Source: Cellulophaga sp. | GTDB taxonomy: Bacteria > Bacteroidota > Bacteroidia > Flavobacteriales > Flavobacteriaceae | Assembly: GCA_036478775.1 (NCBI GenBank) | Contig: JAZGEQ010000048.1 | Location: 19,112 to 83,111 of the forward strand | DNA: 64,000 nt | Reading direction: 5' to 3' | Part shown: one piece after another, positions 9,207 through 17,974 of the stretch | How the letters are laid out: each line of letters opens with the position of its first letter | Position numbering within the stretch: the first letter of the stretch is position 1 | Position numbers and translations under genes: made by a program | The notes under the pieces: generated by a model | Database searches by the model: none | What the model was told of the DNA's origin: nothing | The model's input: the letters and a program-made list of their open reading frames with translations, nothing else

Positions 9207-11300
9207 TTAGACTATTGTTTCAGGAGCTTTTCTCCAAATATTTAATTGTTTTACCAAAATAATACTGGCAACTGCCATCAATAATAAAATAAATATTTCT
9301 GAATAGTTGGTAGCTTCATGTAAAATGGCCTCTACCACATGGTAGCAATTAAATAGGGCTACAACAATTGCCCAAATAAGCGAAGTCCATCTAAACCATT
9401 TTTTGGAAAGCTGTACGGTAAGCAAAGTGAATAAAAAGGCAGAGCCTTCCATTAAAATACGCCACTGATGTGCCCAAAAAGGGGTTTCTCCCGTAGCACC
9501 TTCCATAAGAACCGATTCATTAAAAAACACGGAGGCTAGCCCGTAAATATGATGAAATATATATCCTAAGATTAGGAGTGTCCATAAGGTAGTTATTTTT
9601 GTTCTCATTGGTATGTGATTTTGATTATTGTTTTTTGTAGTAAGTATATTATGTTCTGGCAGATGTTTATTGCTTTGTATTTCTGCGTGCATTTTAGTTT
9701 CTTCTTCTTTTATTTTTTTATAATCAATTGGAGCTTTGTTAAATGTACTCTGCATTTGAGCTTGTGGTTGTATTTTAAAATAGAAGAATAAAGAAGTTGT
9801 GGAAATCAATAACCAAAGTACATCAATTGTTAAAATTTCGTATTGGTTATTGGCATAGGTAGTCCATAACCAATTTCCTGAAATTACGCCATTAACAATT
9901 GGAATTAGAAACCCAAAAATAGCTCCTAAAAGAAGACTCATTTTATTGGTAAAGTAATTATTTCGCTTAAAGCGGAAAAAGAAAATAAATGCCAGCCAAA
10001 TTAGAAAGTAAAAGTAATATATAGCCGATTGTTTATCCTCAAAATAGCCGTTAGCAAATTTTACAAACAAAAACGAAAGTGCCGTAACAGGTAACATAGA
10101 TAAGCAGATTGCTAAATAAATATGCCCTACTTTTGCCGTATATAAGCGCTGGCTTAAGGTCATGCCTTTTTTATTTCTTGCTTCAATCCAAATTAAAACA
10201 CCTGTAATGACTACAAAACAGGTAATGAAAGCTAAAATAAAGTAGATTATTCGCGTTGTAAGACCTCCAAAATCGGCATAGTGTAAACGCCCAAATAGGC
10301 GTTGAGAATCTTCAATATAACTTAATTTGTTAGGGTCTTTTTCAAATTCTATATTGCCAGAATATGGATCAAAAGATATATATCCCATTCCGATAAAACG
10401 CTTATTATCATTTAGTTCTCCCGAAAACATATATTTCATATTCGTACCGCCGTAATTTTTAATAAATCCGCGAGTTAGATGAAATTCGTCCCATTTTTGG
10501 GCAGTTTGTTTTACAAAATAATTAAAACTTGGCGTGTCTTTTTGGCTAGATTTGGCAACCCATTCGTAGTTCTTTCTTGTAGGACGTAAATCTTCCAATA
10601 ATTTGGTTTGGTCACCATTATACAAGAAATTTGCGGGTAACAAGACAAAAAGGCTTAAACAAAAATAGGAGCCTGTTACAGCAAATATAAATTGAAATGG
10701 GAGACCTATTACTCCTAGCGCGGTATGAGCATCTGTCCAAACTCGTTTTAAAACAGTTTTGGGGTTAAAGGTGTAGAAGTTGGGAATAATCTTTTTCCAA
10801 TGAACAATGATACCTGTAACAATGGCGAACAAAAAAAATAGAGATACAAACCCAGCAAGGTATATTCCCAAATTAGGCAATTGCGAAAAAAAGTGTAATC
10901 GATATAAAAACTCACCCAAGCTATACTGTTCTGGGTATGTTACAGTTTCAACAGAATTAATATCAGCGTATAAAAAAGTTCTTTTTTTTCCTTTTTTTGA
11001 AGCCAACGAATCTTTACTAGCGCTCATAGATACCGAAATTTTATCGGTTTCTCCGCCAAAATTCAGTTGTATATCACGCCCGGTTAAGTCATAGGTTTCA
11101 TCGAGTTTTGAAAGAATATTGTCAAAATCTATATCTTTACGTTGTGTGTGTGAAATTGTAGTCCCTTCCTCCCAAAGTTTAATTTCATCCTTAAATAAGG
11201 CAAATGCACCTGCAAAGAAAATAACGTAAAGAGCAACACTAATAACAATACCGCTTACCGTATGTGTATTAAAAAAGACATTGTAGTTTTTCTTACTCAT
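9207..11300 (-). CDS. PepSY-associated TM helix protein with an extra C-terminal membrane domain
   Basis: FNTHTVSG, LYRLHFF, WTDAH and GRLHYADFGG motifs of PepSY_TM proteins; additional ~134-aa hydrophobic tail. Confidence 0.85.
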   Translation of the reverse strand: MSKKNYNVFFNTHTVSGIVISVALYVIFFAGAFALFKDEIKLWEEGTTISHTQRKDIDFDNILSKLDETYDLTGRDIQLNFGGETDKISVSMSASKDSLASKKGKKRTFLYADINSVETVTYPEQYSLGEFLYRLHFFSQLPNLGIYLAGFVSLFFLFAIVTGIIVHWKKIIPNFYTFNPKTVLKRVWTDAHTALGVIGLPFQFIFAVTGSYFCLSLFVLLPANFLYNGDQTKLLEDLRPTRKNYEWVAKSSQKDTPSFNYFVKQTAQKWDEFHLTRGFIKNYGGTNMKYMFSGELNDNKRFIGMGYISFDPYSGNIEFEKDPNKLSYIEDSQRLFGRLHYADFGGLTTRIIYFILAFITCFVVITGVLIWIEARNKKGMTLSQRLYTAKVGHIYLAICLSMLPVTALSFLFVKFANGYFEDKQSAIYYFYFLIWLAFIFFFRFKRNNYFTNKMSLLLGAIFGFLIPIVNGVISGNWLWTTYANNQYEILTIDVLWLLISTTSLFFYFKIQPQAQMQSTFNKAPIDYKKIKEEETKMHAEIQSNKHLPEHNILTTKNNNQNHIPMRTKITTLWTLLILGYIFHHIYGLASVFFNESVLMEGATGETPFWAHQWRILMEGSAFLFTLLTVQLSKKWFRWTSLIWAIVVALFNCYHVVEAILHEATNYSEIFILLLMAVASIILVKQLNIWRKAPETIV

Positions 11301-11602
11301 TATACAAACGGATTATTTTGATTGCCTAGATAATACAATCCATAAAGAGCACCACTAATTGCTATGTATAGTAGCCAAACTTTCCAACCATTTTTAAAGA
11401 GGAAAGGAATGATTATAAGAGTACACCAGACTATAAAGAATGTGAAAATGGATGTAATTAAGACACCTTTTGGGTTTGGTAACCATAATGGCAAACACAT
11501 ATGCAAAAACATACAGATACTATATCCTCCTATAATCCCAGCTGATATTTTTGCAAATTGCTGCCAAGGTGATTTATTTAAATATTTTGGGTTTGCAGGC
11601 AT
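11300..11602 (-). CDS. Small membrane protein of iron-uptake operons (DUF3649-like)
   Basis: MPANPKYL..W.QFAKISAGIIGGY; three TM segments; coupled to the PepSY gene. Confidence 0.7.
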   Translation of the reverse strand: MPANPKYLNKSPWQQFAKISAGIIGGYSICMFLHMCLPLWLPNPKGVLITSIFTFFIVWCTLIIIPFLFKNGWKVWLLYIAISGALYGLYYLGNQNNPFV

Positions 11603-11604
11603 GG

Positions 11605-11931
11605 TTAAATAATTTCTAGTAGTAAAATGACAATGAATAGAATTAAAAAATAGTAGAGATTTCCTTTATGTAATGGAGCTATAATAATGATTAACCCTAA
11701 AATTGTCATTAAGGAAACTAACCAAAATAGAACTCCTGAGGTAGTCCCAAAGTTTAAAGTCATTAAACTTAGTGAAGTCAATAGAAAAAACAATCCGACT
11801 AACTTTGATAAGAAAGCGTGAGATTGTATCCATTTTTCAATGTGAAAGTTTTGGTTCAAAATTGCTTTTTTCGAGGTGTTATATAGAACCCAACTTCCTA
11901 AAAAAAGTAAAAATAGATTACTAGTTATCAT
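11605..11931 (-). CDS. Small membrane protein (DUF3325-like)
   Basis: Four hydrophobic segments; position in a TBDR-PepSY operon. Confidence 0.65.
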   Translation of the reverse strand: MITSNLFLLFLGSWVLYNTSKKAILNQNFHIEKWIQSHAFLSKLVGLFFLLTSLSLMTLNFGTTSGVLFWLVSLMTILGLIIIIAPLHKGNLYYFLILFIVILLLEII

Positions 11932-11945
11932 TTCATATTTATAAA

Positions 11946-11982
11946 TTATGCAACTCTAAAAAAGATGTTTAGAGTTGCATAA
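11946..11982 (-). terminator. Strong intra-operon hairpin after the TonB receptor
   Basis: TTATGCAACTCTAAA / TTTAGAGTTGCATAA 15-bp stem. Confidence 0.65.
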
Positions 11983-11992
11983 ACTAATTCAC

Positions 11993-14479
11993 TTAAAATT
12001 TATAAACGACATTCGCTAAAAACGTACGTTGTGCTTGCGGATTTATAGTACTCCATCCTTTGTAATATTCTTTATTAGACAAATTATTTGCTTTTATGCC
12101 AACTCTAAACTTTTTGGTATTATAATATATAGTGGCATTAAAAACAGTATAGTCTGGTAGTTCAAATTTCCCAGAAACAGCATTGTTTATGGTATAGTAT
12201 TTTGATGCGCCATCTAGACCAGCTCCAATTCCAAACCCATTTAATGCAGAACCTTCAATAAATTTATAGTCGGTCCAAAGGTTATAGATTGTTTGTGGAC
12301 CAGATTCCTCTGGCCTAGTTCCTTGTAAAGCAGCAATTTTTGTTTTAGTAACTTCGGTATTGTTATAGGCAATTGATCCACGAATATTTAACCCATTTAT
12401 TGGATTTGCATTGAGTTCAAACTCCACACCTTTACTTATAATCTCATCTAAAATTGCACGAGCACCAAATGGTTCGGATGGGTTTAGTGTATTTCTGTTA
12501 TTCACCACAATGTTGTAATAACTTAGTCCAGCATTTATTCTTCCACTAAAAAAGTTCGTTTTAATACCACCTTCAAACTGTTTTGCTTTTTGGGGTTGAA
12601 ATGTTGTGACTACTCCAGTAGTTATATTTATATCTGGATTTGAATTTATAAAGCCAGTTTGATAGTTACCGAATAAAGATAATTTGTTTGGAATAGTTTG
12701 GTATACAACACCAAACTTAGGCGAAATTGTTGTTTTTGTATAATCATCTAGAGAGGTATCTTCATTTCCATCTTGATCAAAATGATCTAAACGCAAGCCT
12801 AGCATTGCTGTCAATTTTGGTGTAATGTTTACAACATCCGATATATAAGCGGCAAAAGTTTGAGCTCCTGTATTTATTGGTACAGCAGTAATCTGATCGA
12901 AAACGGGGTCTAATTGTGCCCTTGTTATATCATAAGTTCCTGTTGGTGTAAATGGAGTTGGAAATACATCGCCATTTGGTAAAAAGAAAGCATCAAAATA
13001 TGGGAAACCAGGAAGCGCTGGGTTACTAAATTTGTTATTAGTATCCAGAGATTTATTTACGTAGTCTAACCCGATTACCATTCTATTACGTACTTTTCCT
13101 ATTTTAAAATCTCCAATAAAGTTTTGTTGAATATTTACTGTACTGGCTTCAGAATCTCTTTTGTCAATAATTCTTGTAAATATATTTTGTTGTAGTAGGA
13201 GATTAGCAAAACCCTGCGTGGCGGGATCTGGCGATGCTAAAAAAGCAACCGAAGCACCTTCAATTAAATATTGGTAATAGCCTTTGGTTTCTGTTTTACT
13301 GCTGGCAAAAACAGTTTGTGAAGTCCATGTATCAGAAATCTTATAATCTGCAATAGCTCTAGTTGAAAATGTAGGGATGGTTAAAAAAACATCGTCTGTT
13401 GTAAAGGATTTGTTACGGTCTAAACCTAATTCATCGATATTTTTAGCAACAACAGGATAGCCTCTACGTACAAATAACATAGCAGGGTTTGTTTGTTTAG
13501 TTTTAGAATATTCGATACCAGCAGAAATATTTAATCTATTATTAACACGGTATGATAAAGATGGAGCTACGAAAAAAGTGTTTTTAAAACCAGCATCTTG
13601 AAAACTATCTTGTGTTAAATAAGACGTGTTCAATCTAAAGTAGGGTGCGTTTTTACTTCCTAATGCTGTATTAATGTCAGCAGAAACACGATGTGTACCA
13701 AAAGAACCGCCGGTATAAGAAATACTTCCCCCAAAACCCTCGTACGGTTTTTTGGTAACTACATTAATTAATCCTCCCAAAGAGGTGATAGTACTTCCAA
13801 ATAATGTAGCAGAAGGCCCTTTTAAAACTTCAATGCGCTCAATATATGATGGGTCGATAGCGCTAAATGTATAGCCTAAAACTCCATCAACGATACCCGG
13901 TTGTGCAGAAAATCCACGAATGGAGTAATAGCCAGTTCCGTCTCCAGAACGTCCAGTTGCTTCCCAACGTTTATCTACTCCAGTTGCATTTTTAAGCGCA
14001 TCATCAAAATTAGTAACTACTTGTGATTCTAACAATTCGGATGTTACGGTGCTATATACTTGCGAATTTTCCAAATCCTTTAGAGGCAGTTTTGAAACAT
14101 AGGCAGTTTTTTTACGAGAGAATTTATTTTTACGGTCGCCTACAACTACAACTTCCGTCAATAGTTCGTTACCTTCATATAAAATAATACTACCTAAATC
14201 TTTTGTTTCGTTGTTTGTAATGGCAAATAGAATTTCTTTTGTTTTAAACCCAAGATAAGAGAGCGAAAGAGTATAATTTCCGTTTGTAAGTTTGGTGATT
14301 TCAAAGTTTCCATTTTCATTGGATTGTGCTCCCTGAATCGAATTTTTAATTATAATATTAACACCCAATAATGGTGTTTGCGTATTATCTGTTAAGGTAC
14401 CTTTTATGCTTCCGCTTTGTGCGAAAGAAAAAGTGAGCGATAGGAGTAAAGCTATGTTTAGTAGTGATTTGTTTTTCAT
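11993..14479 (-). CDS. TonB-dependent siderophore receptor
   Basis: Signal peptide, CarboxypepD_reg-like N-domain, plug (IERIEVLKGP), C-terminal NLSNKEYY...VVYKF. Confidence 0.92.
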   Translation of the reverse strand: MKNKSLLNIALLLSLTFSFAQSGSIKGTLTDNTQTPLLGVNIIIKNSIQGAQSNENGNFEITKLTNGNYTLSLSYLGFKTKEILFAITNNETKDLGSIILYEGNELLTEVVVVGDRKNKFSRKKTAYVSKLPLKDLENSQVYSTVTSELLESQVVTNFDDALKNATGVDKRWEATGRSGDGTGYYSIRGFSAQPGIVDGVLGYTFSAIDPSYIERIEVLKGPSATLFGSTITSLGGLINVVTKKPYEGFGGSISYTGGSFGTHRVSADINTALGSKNAPYFRLNTSYLTQDSFQDAGFKNTFFVAPSLSYRVNNRLNISAGIEYSKTKQTNPAMLFVRRGYPVVAKNIDELGLDRNKSFTTDDVFLTIPTFSTRAIADYKISDTWTSQTVFASSKTETKGYYQYLIEGASVAFLASPDPATQGFANLLLQQNIFTRIIDKRDSEASTVNIQQNFIGDFKIGKVRNRMVIGLDYVNKSLDTNNKFSNPALPGFPYFDAFFLPNGDVFPTPFTPTGTYDITRAQLDPVFDQITAVPINTGAQTFAAYISDVVNITPKLTAMLGLRLDHFDQDGNEDTSLDDYTKTTISPKFGVVYQTIPNKLSLFGNYQTGFINSNPDINITTGVVTTFQPQKAKQFEGGIKTNFFSGRINAGLSYYNIVVNNRNTLNPSEPFGARAILDEIISKGVEFELNANPINGLNIRGSIAYNNTEVTKTKIAALQGTRPEESGPQTIYNLWTDYKFIEGSALNGFGIGAGLDGASKYYTINNAVSGKFELPDYTVFNATIYYNTKKFRVGIKANNLSNKEYYKGWSTINPQAQRTFLANVVYKF

Positions 14480-14505
14480 TTATTAGTTGTTTTTTGAAAA
14501 AATAC

Positions 14506-14532
14506 TATTCTTATTTAGAGTAAATAAGAATA
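14506..14532. promoter_or_regulatory. Putative Fur-type operator palindrome
   Basis: TATTCTTATTTA-GAG-TAAATAAGAATA perfect 12-3-12 inverted repeat 27 nt upstream of the TBDR start. Confidence 0.6.
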
Positions 14533-14870
14533 ATTTATATATTTCTTGCGAATCTATTAAGAATAATTATAAATAAAAATAATTTTGTTGTTTATTAGTA
14601 AAGAATCAGCTTCGAATTAAGATCTCCTTAGAATATTTTAGGTCTTATTTAAAATGGAAAATTTGAATTTCAGTCATTTATGTTGTGTTTTCAAAAGTTC
14701 AAACGGTACTTACAGAAATTTCTTTTAGATTAATAGGCGTTTATAATGTATTTTTAAAAATTGATTCTGTAACAGTCTTTCATAGTTCTAATTGGTTGTT
14801 TAAAGAATACCATTTTATTGAAACTTAATTATTTATTCAAAAGAAAAAACGTACTCGGGTTATTAGAAAA

Positions 14871-16739
14871 ATGAAGAAAATAATACTACTTGCTTTACTT
14901 ATAGGGAACCTATCTTTTGCTCAAAAACCAACCAGCGATAGTATACATAAAAATATAATAGATAGTTTGGCTAGGCTTTCTGGTCGCCTTTTGGGTGTAA
15001 ATATAGATTCATCAGAGACAATAGCTAATTACATGCTAAAATATTCAGAAAAGCATCATTTTTTAAGAGGACAAGGACAAGCACTAGGGACACTTGCAGG
15101 AATATATAATTCTCAGGGGGATAACGGTAAATCGCTTTTATATCACAAAAAGACAATTTCTATTTTTAAAGAACTAGGAAATGATATTCTTACTAACAGA
15201 ATGAGAGTTTCAACTAGTATATTATTTTTACAAGCAAAGGAGTATAAGCAAGCCTTAGCATATGTTAAAAAAGCGCAAGAGTATTATTTAGAAAGTAATA
15301 ACAATTCAGATTTGGCACGTACATATCATATTATAGGTATAATTTATGAAAATACTAATAAAGGTTTTGATGAGTTGATGTTTTATTTAAAAAAGGCAGA
15401 AGAAGTTAGCAGGTCTTTTATTAAAGATACAAGTAATACCAAAGCACATATTAATCTTAATACTATTACGCTTTGCGGTATTCTTAATTCACAGAGTGAG
15501 GCTTATATTAATAGAGATAAAGGCTTGACTTTTGCAATAGATCTTGCAAATAAATCTCTGAAAACAATTAAAAAATCTACTCCAGATAAACATTATTTTT
15601 TAGGTATGTCTTATTTCCTCCTTGGCAAAGCATATTGGAAAAAAAAAGAATTTAAAAAAGCACTCTTGTATAATGATAGTTCTTTAGTAGCTTATAAAAC
15701 TATGAATTACATTATAGGGTTAAAGAGAACTTATGAGAGTAGGAAAGACATATTCGCTAGTTTAGGTAATTTTAAAGACGCATTTGAAGCTGCAGAGATT
15801 TTAAGTATAAAAAAAGACACTTTAAATAAAGAAGACCGAAAAAAAGAATTCAGCAGAATGAAGGTTGAGTATGAAACAGACCGTATTGCAGCAGAGAAAG
15901 ATGCTGCGGAAGCTAGAGCTCAATTGGCGGAAGCTACCAATAAGCAAAATAAAAATTACCTTATTGGATCAATAGTAATAGCAGTGTTAATATTGTTGAG
16001 TTCACTATTTTATTTTGCAAGATTAAAAGCGATTAAAATATCCGAGGGGGTAGCAGCAGAATTAAGGGAAGCACAAAGTCGGCTAGTACTAGAACAGAAA
16101 TATAAAGAGAGTGAGCTTAAAGCTCTAAAATCGCAAATGAATCCCCACTTTATTTTTAATGCACTTAATTCTATTCAAGAATATATTATAACCAATAAAA
16201 AGAATGAGGCGAGTGATTATTTGGGCAGGTTTGCAGATTTAATCCGCCGGTACCTAAATCATAGTGATTCTCGGAGCATATCATTAATAGAAGAAGTAGA
16301 AAGTCTTCAAATGTACTTAGATTTAGAGGCCTTACGTTTTGAAAAAGAGCTTAGTTATTCTATCTCATTGTCTAAAACCTTAGATAATGAAACTATTCAT
16401 ATACCCACAATGATGGTACAGCCCTATTTAGAAAATGCCATACGACATGGACTGCTTCATAAAAAAGGGAAAAGAAAATTATTAGTTTCTTTTACAAAAG
16501 GAGAAGAGGGTATTGTTATATGTGTTATTGAGGATAACGGGGTTGGTAGAAAAAGAAGTGTTGAATTAAATCAAAAAAGAGATAAGAATCATAAATCTTT
16601 TGCAGAAAAAGCTACTCAAGAACGACTAGATTTAATTAACCATGGTAAAGAACAGAAGGTAGGCGTTCTAATTACAGATTTATTTAAACAAGGAGAACCT
16701 TCTGGAACCAAGATTATTTTAAGCATACCCATTTTATAA
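14871..16739 (+). CDS. TPR-containing LytS-type sensor histidine kinase
   Basis: Signal peptide, TPR-like helical region, single TM, SQMNPHFIFNALNSI H-box, QPYLENAIRHG and EDNGVG ATPase motifs. Confidence 0.9.
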   Translation: MKKIILLALLIGNLSFAQKPTSDSIHKNIIDSLARLSGRLLGVNIDSSETIANYMLKYSEKHHFLRGQGQALGTLAGIYNSQGDNGKSLLYHKKTISIFKELGNDILTNRMRVSTSILFLQAKEYKQALAYVKKAQEYYLESNNNSDLARTYHIIGIIYENTNKGFDELMFYLKKAEEVSRSFIKDTSNTKAHINLNTITLCGILNSQSEAYINRDKGLTFAIDLANKSLKTIKKSTPDKHYFLGMSYFLLGKAYWKKKEFKKALLYNDSSLVAYKTMNYIIGLKRTYESRKDIFASLGNFKDAFEAAEILSIKKDTLNKEDRKKEFSRMKVEYETDRIAAEKDAAEARAQLAEATNKQNKNYLIGSIVIAVLILLSSLFYFARLKAIKISEGVAAELREAQSRLVLEQKYKESELKALKSQMNPHFIFNALNSIQEYIITNKKNEASDYLGRFADLIRRYLNHSDSRSISLIEEVESLQMYLDLEALRFEKELSYSISLSKTLDNETIHIPTMMVQPYLENAIRHGLLHKKGKRKLLVSFTKGEEGIVICVIEDNGVGRKRSVELNQKRDKNHKSFAEKATQERLDLINHGKEQKVGVLITDLFKQGEPSGTKIILSIPIL

Positions 16740-16748
16740 GAATAAAGA

Positions 16749-17498
16749 ATGAAAGCAATTATTATTGATGATGAGCAAAGAGCTAGGAATTTACTAAAGA
16801 TTTTGTTGGAAGAAAACTGCCCAGAAATAACAGAGATAATAACGGCTGAAAATCTTTTAGAAGGGGTAGCGAAAATCAAATCAGAAGCCCCTAATATGGT
16901 CTTTTTAGATATAGAAATGCCAGAACATTCGGGACTCGAAATCATGAATTTTATAGATCAGGAAGCTTTAGATTTTGAAATTATTTTTACTACGGCGTAT
17001 GAAGACCATGCATTACAAGCGTTTGAATTAGCAGCAATAGATTACTTATTAAAACCACTACGCGCAACCCAAGTAAAAAAAGCGGTAGATAAATGTATTG
17101 CTTTAATGGGAAAATCCCAATTAAGTCTTAAACTACAAGAGTTAAAAGAAAGTTTATCCTTAGTAGAGTTTAAAAAAATAGGATTACCTGTTGCAGATGG
17201 TATTAAGTTTATTGAGTTGAAAAATATTATTTCTTTTGAAGCGGATGGTATGTATACTACAATAGACACCACTACAGAAGGAAAGATCCTTATTAGCAAG
17301 CCCATTAAATATTTTGCTAACCTTTTAACGAAAGTCCCTTATTTCTACAAACCACACCGTTCGTTTTTGATTAATTTAAGGTTTATTAAACAGTATGTAA
17401 AAAGTGACGGGGGGTATATGATACTGGATAATGGCAAAACGGTTTCAATAAGTAAAGAGAAGCGAGAAGAGTTCTTGTTGATTATAAATACTATTTAA
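16749..17498 (+). CDS. LytTR family response regulator
   Basis: IIDDE, FLDIEMP, AIDYLLKP receiver motifs; C-terminal HRSFLIN LytTR motif. Confidence 0.93.
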   Translation: MKAIIIDDEQRARNLLKILLEENCPEITEIITAENLLEGVAKIKSEAPNMVFLDIEMPEHSGLEIMNFIDQEALDFEIIFTTAYEDHALQAFELAAIDYLLKPLRATQVKKAVDKCIALMGKSQLSLKLQELKESLSLVEFKKIGLPVADGIKFIELKNIISFEADGMYTTIDTTTEGKILISKPIKYFANLLTKVPYFYKPHRSFLINLRFIKQYVKSDGGYMILDNGKTVSISKEKREEFLLIINTI

Positions 17499-17512
17499 TT
17501 CCTCATTAAAGG

Positions 17513-17590
17513 TTTAATTTCCAGAGGCTTGCCTCGAAATTAAAAATTGCTTTTCAGAAGAATACCTCGTACCCTTGGGTCGAGACCGTT
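17513..17590. repeat. REP-like hairpins (GAGGC-TT-GCCTC and CCTCG.ACCC-TT-GGGTCGAG)
   Basis: TTTAATTTC...GAAATTAAA-flanked hairpin at 17513-17544; 17562-17590 is 23/29 identical to 30996-31024. Confidence 0.6.
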
Positions 17591-17681
17591 GGTTAATGTA
17601 AAACGGATGGAATTGTAATTTTCAGCATTCCAAGCTGTTCTTTTTGCAACAATACTAATTTATTTTTAGTTCAAAACATCT

Positions 17682-17711
17682 TTTCATAAGCTGAAAATTG
17701 GGTTTCATAAA
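17682..17711 (+). promoter_or_regulatory. Putative LytTR binding site (9-12-9 direct repeat)
   Basis: TTTCATAAG-N12-TTTCATAAA upstream of the cadherin gene. Confidence 0.5.
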
Positions 17712-17974
17712 GTTCCATGAAATTGTACTTATAGGTTTTCTCACCTTTACATTTCAAGAACCTACTGAATATTTTATAGGTCTTAATTTAATGCTAGATA
17801 ATGACCTTTGTGTTTTTCAGATCGTCCTCATTCGAGGCTCGAGATAATCCATATAAACAGGTTTTAAACAACTATTTAATAGCGAGTTTCTGAAAAGAAA
17901 CCTCTGCTATTGGGATGCATATGACTTTTAAAATACAACGTACTTAACCTAATTCTTAATCAATATATAAAACC

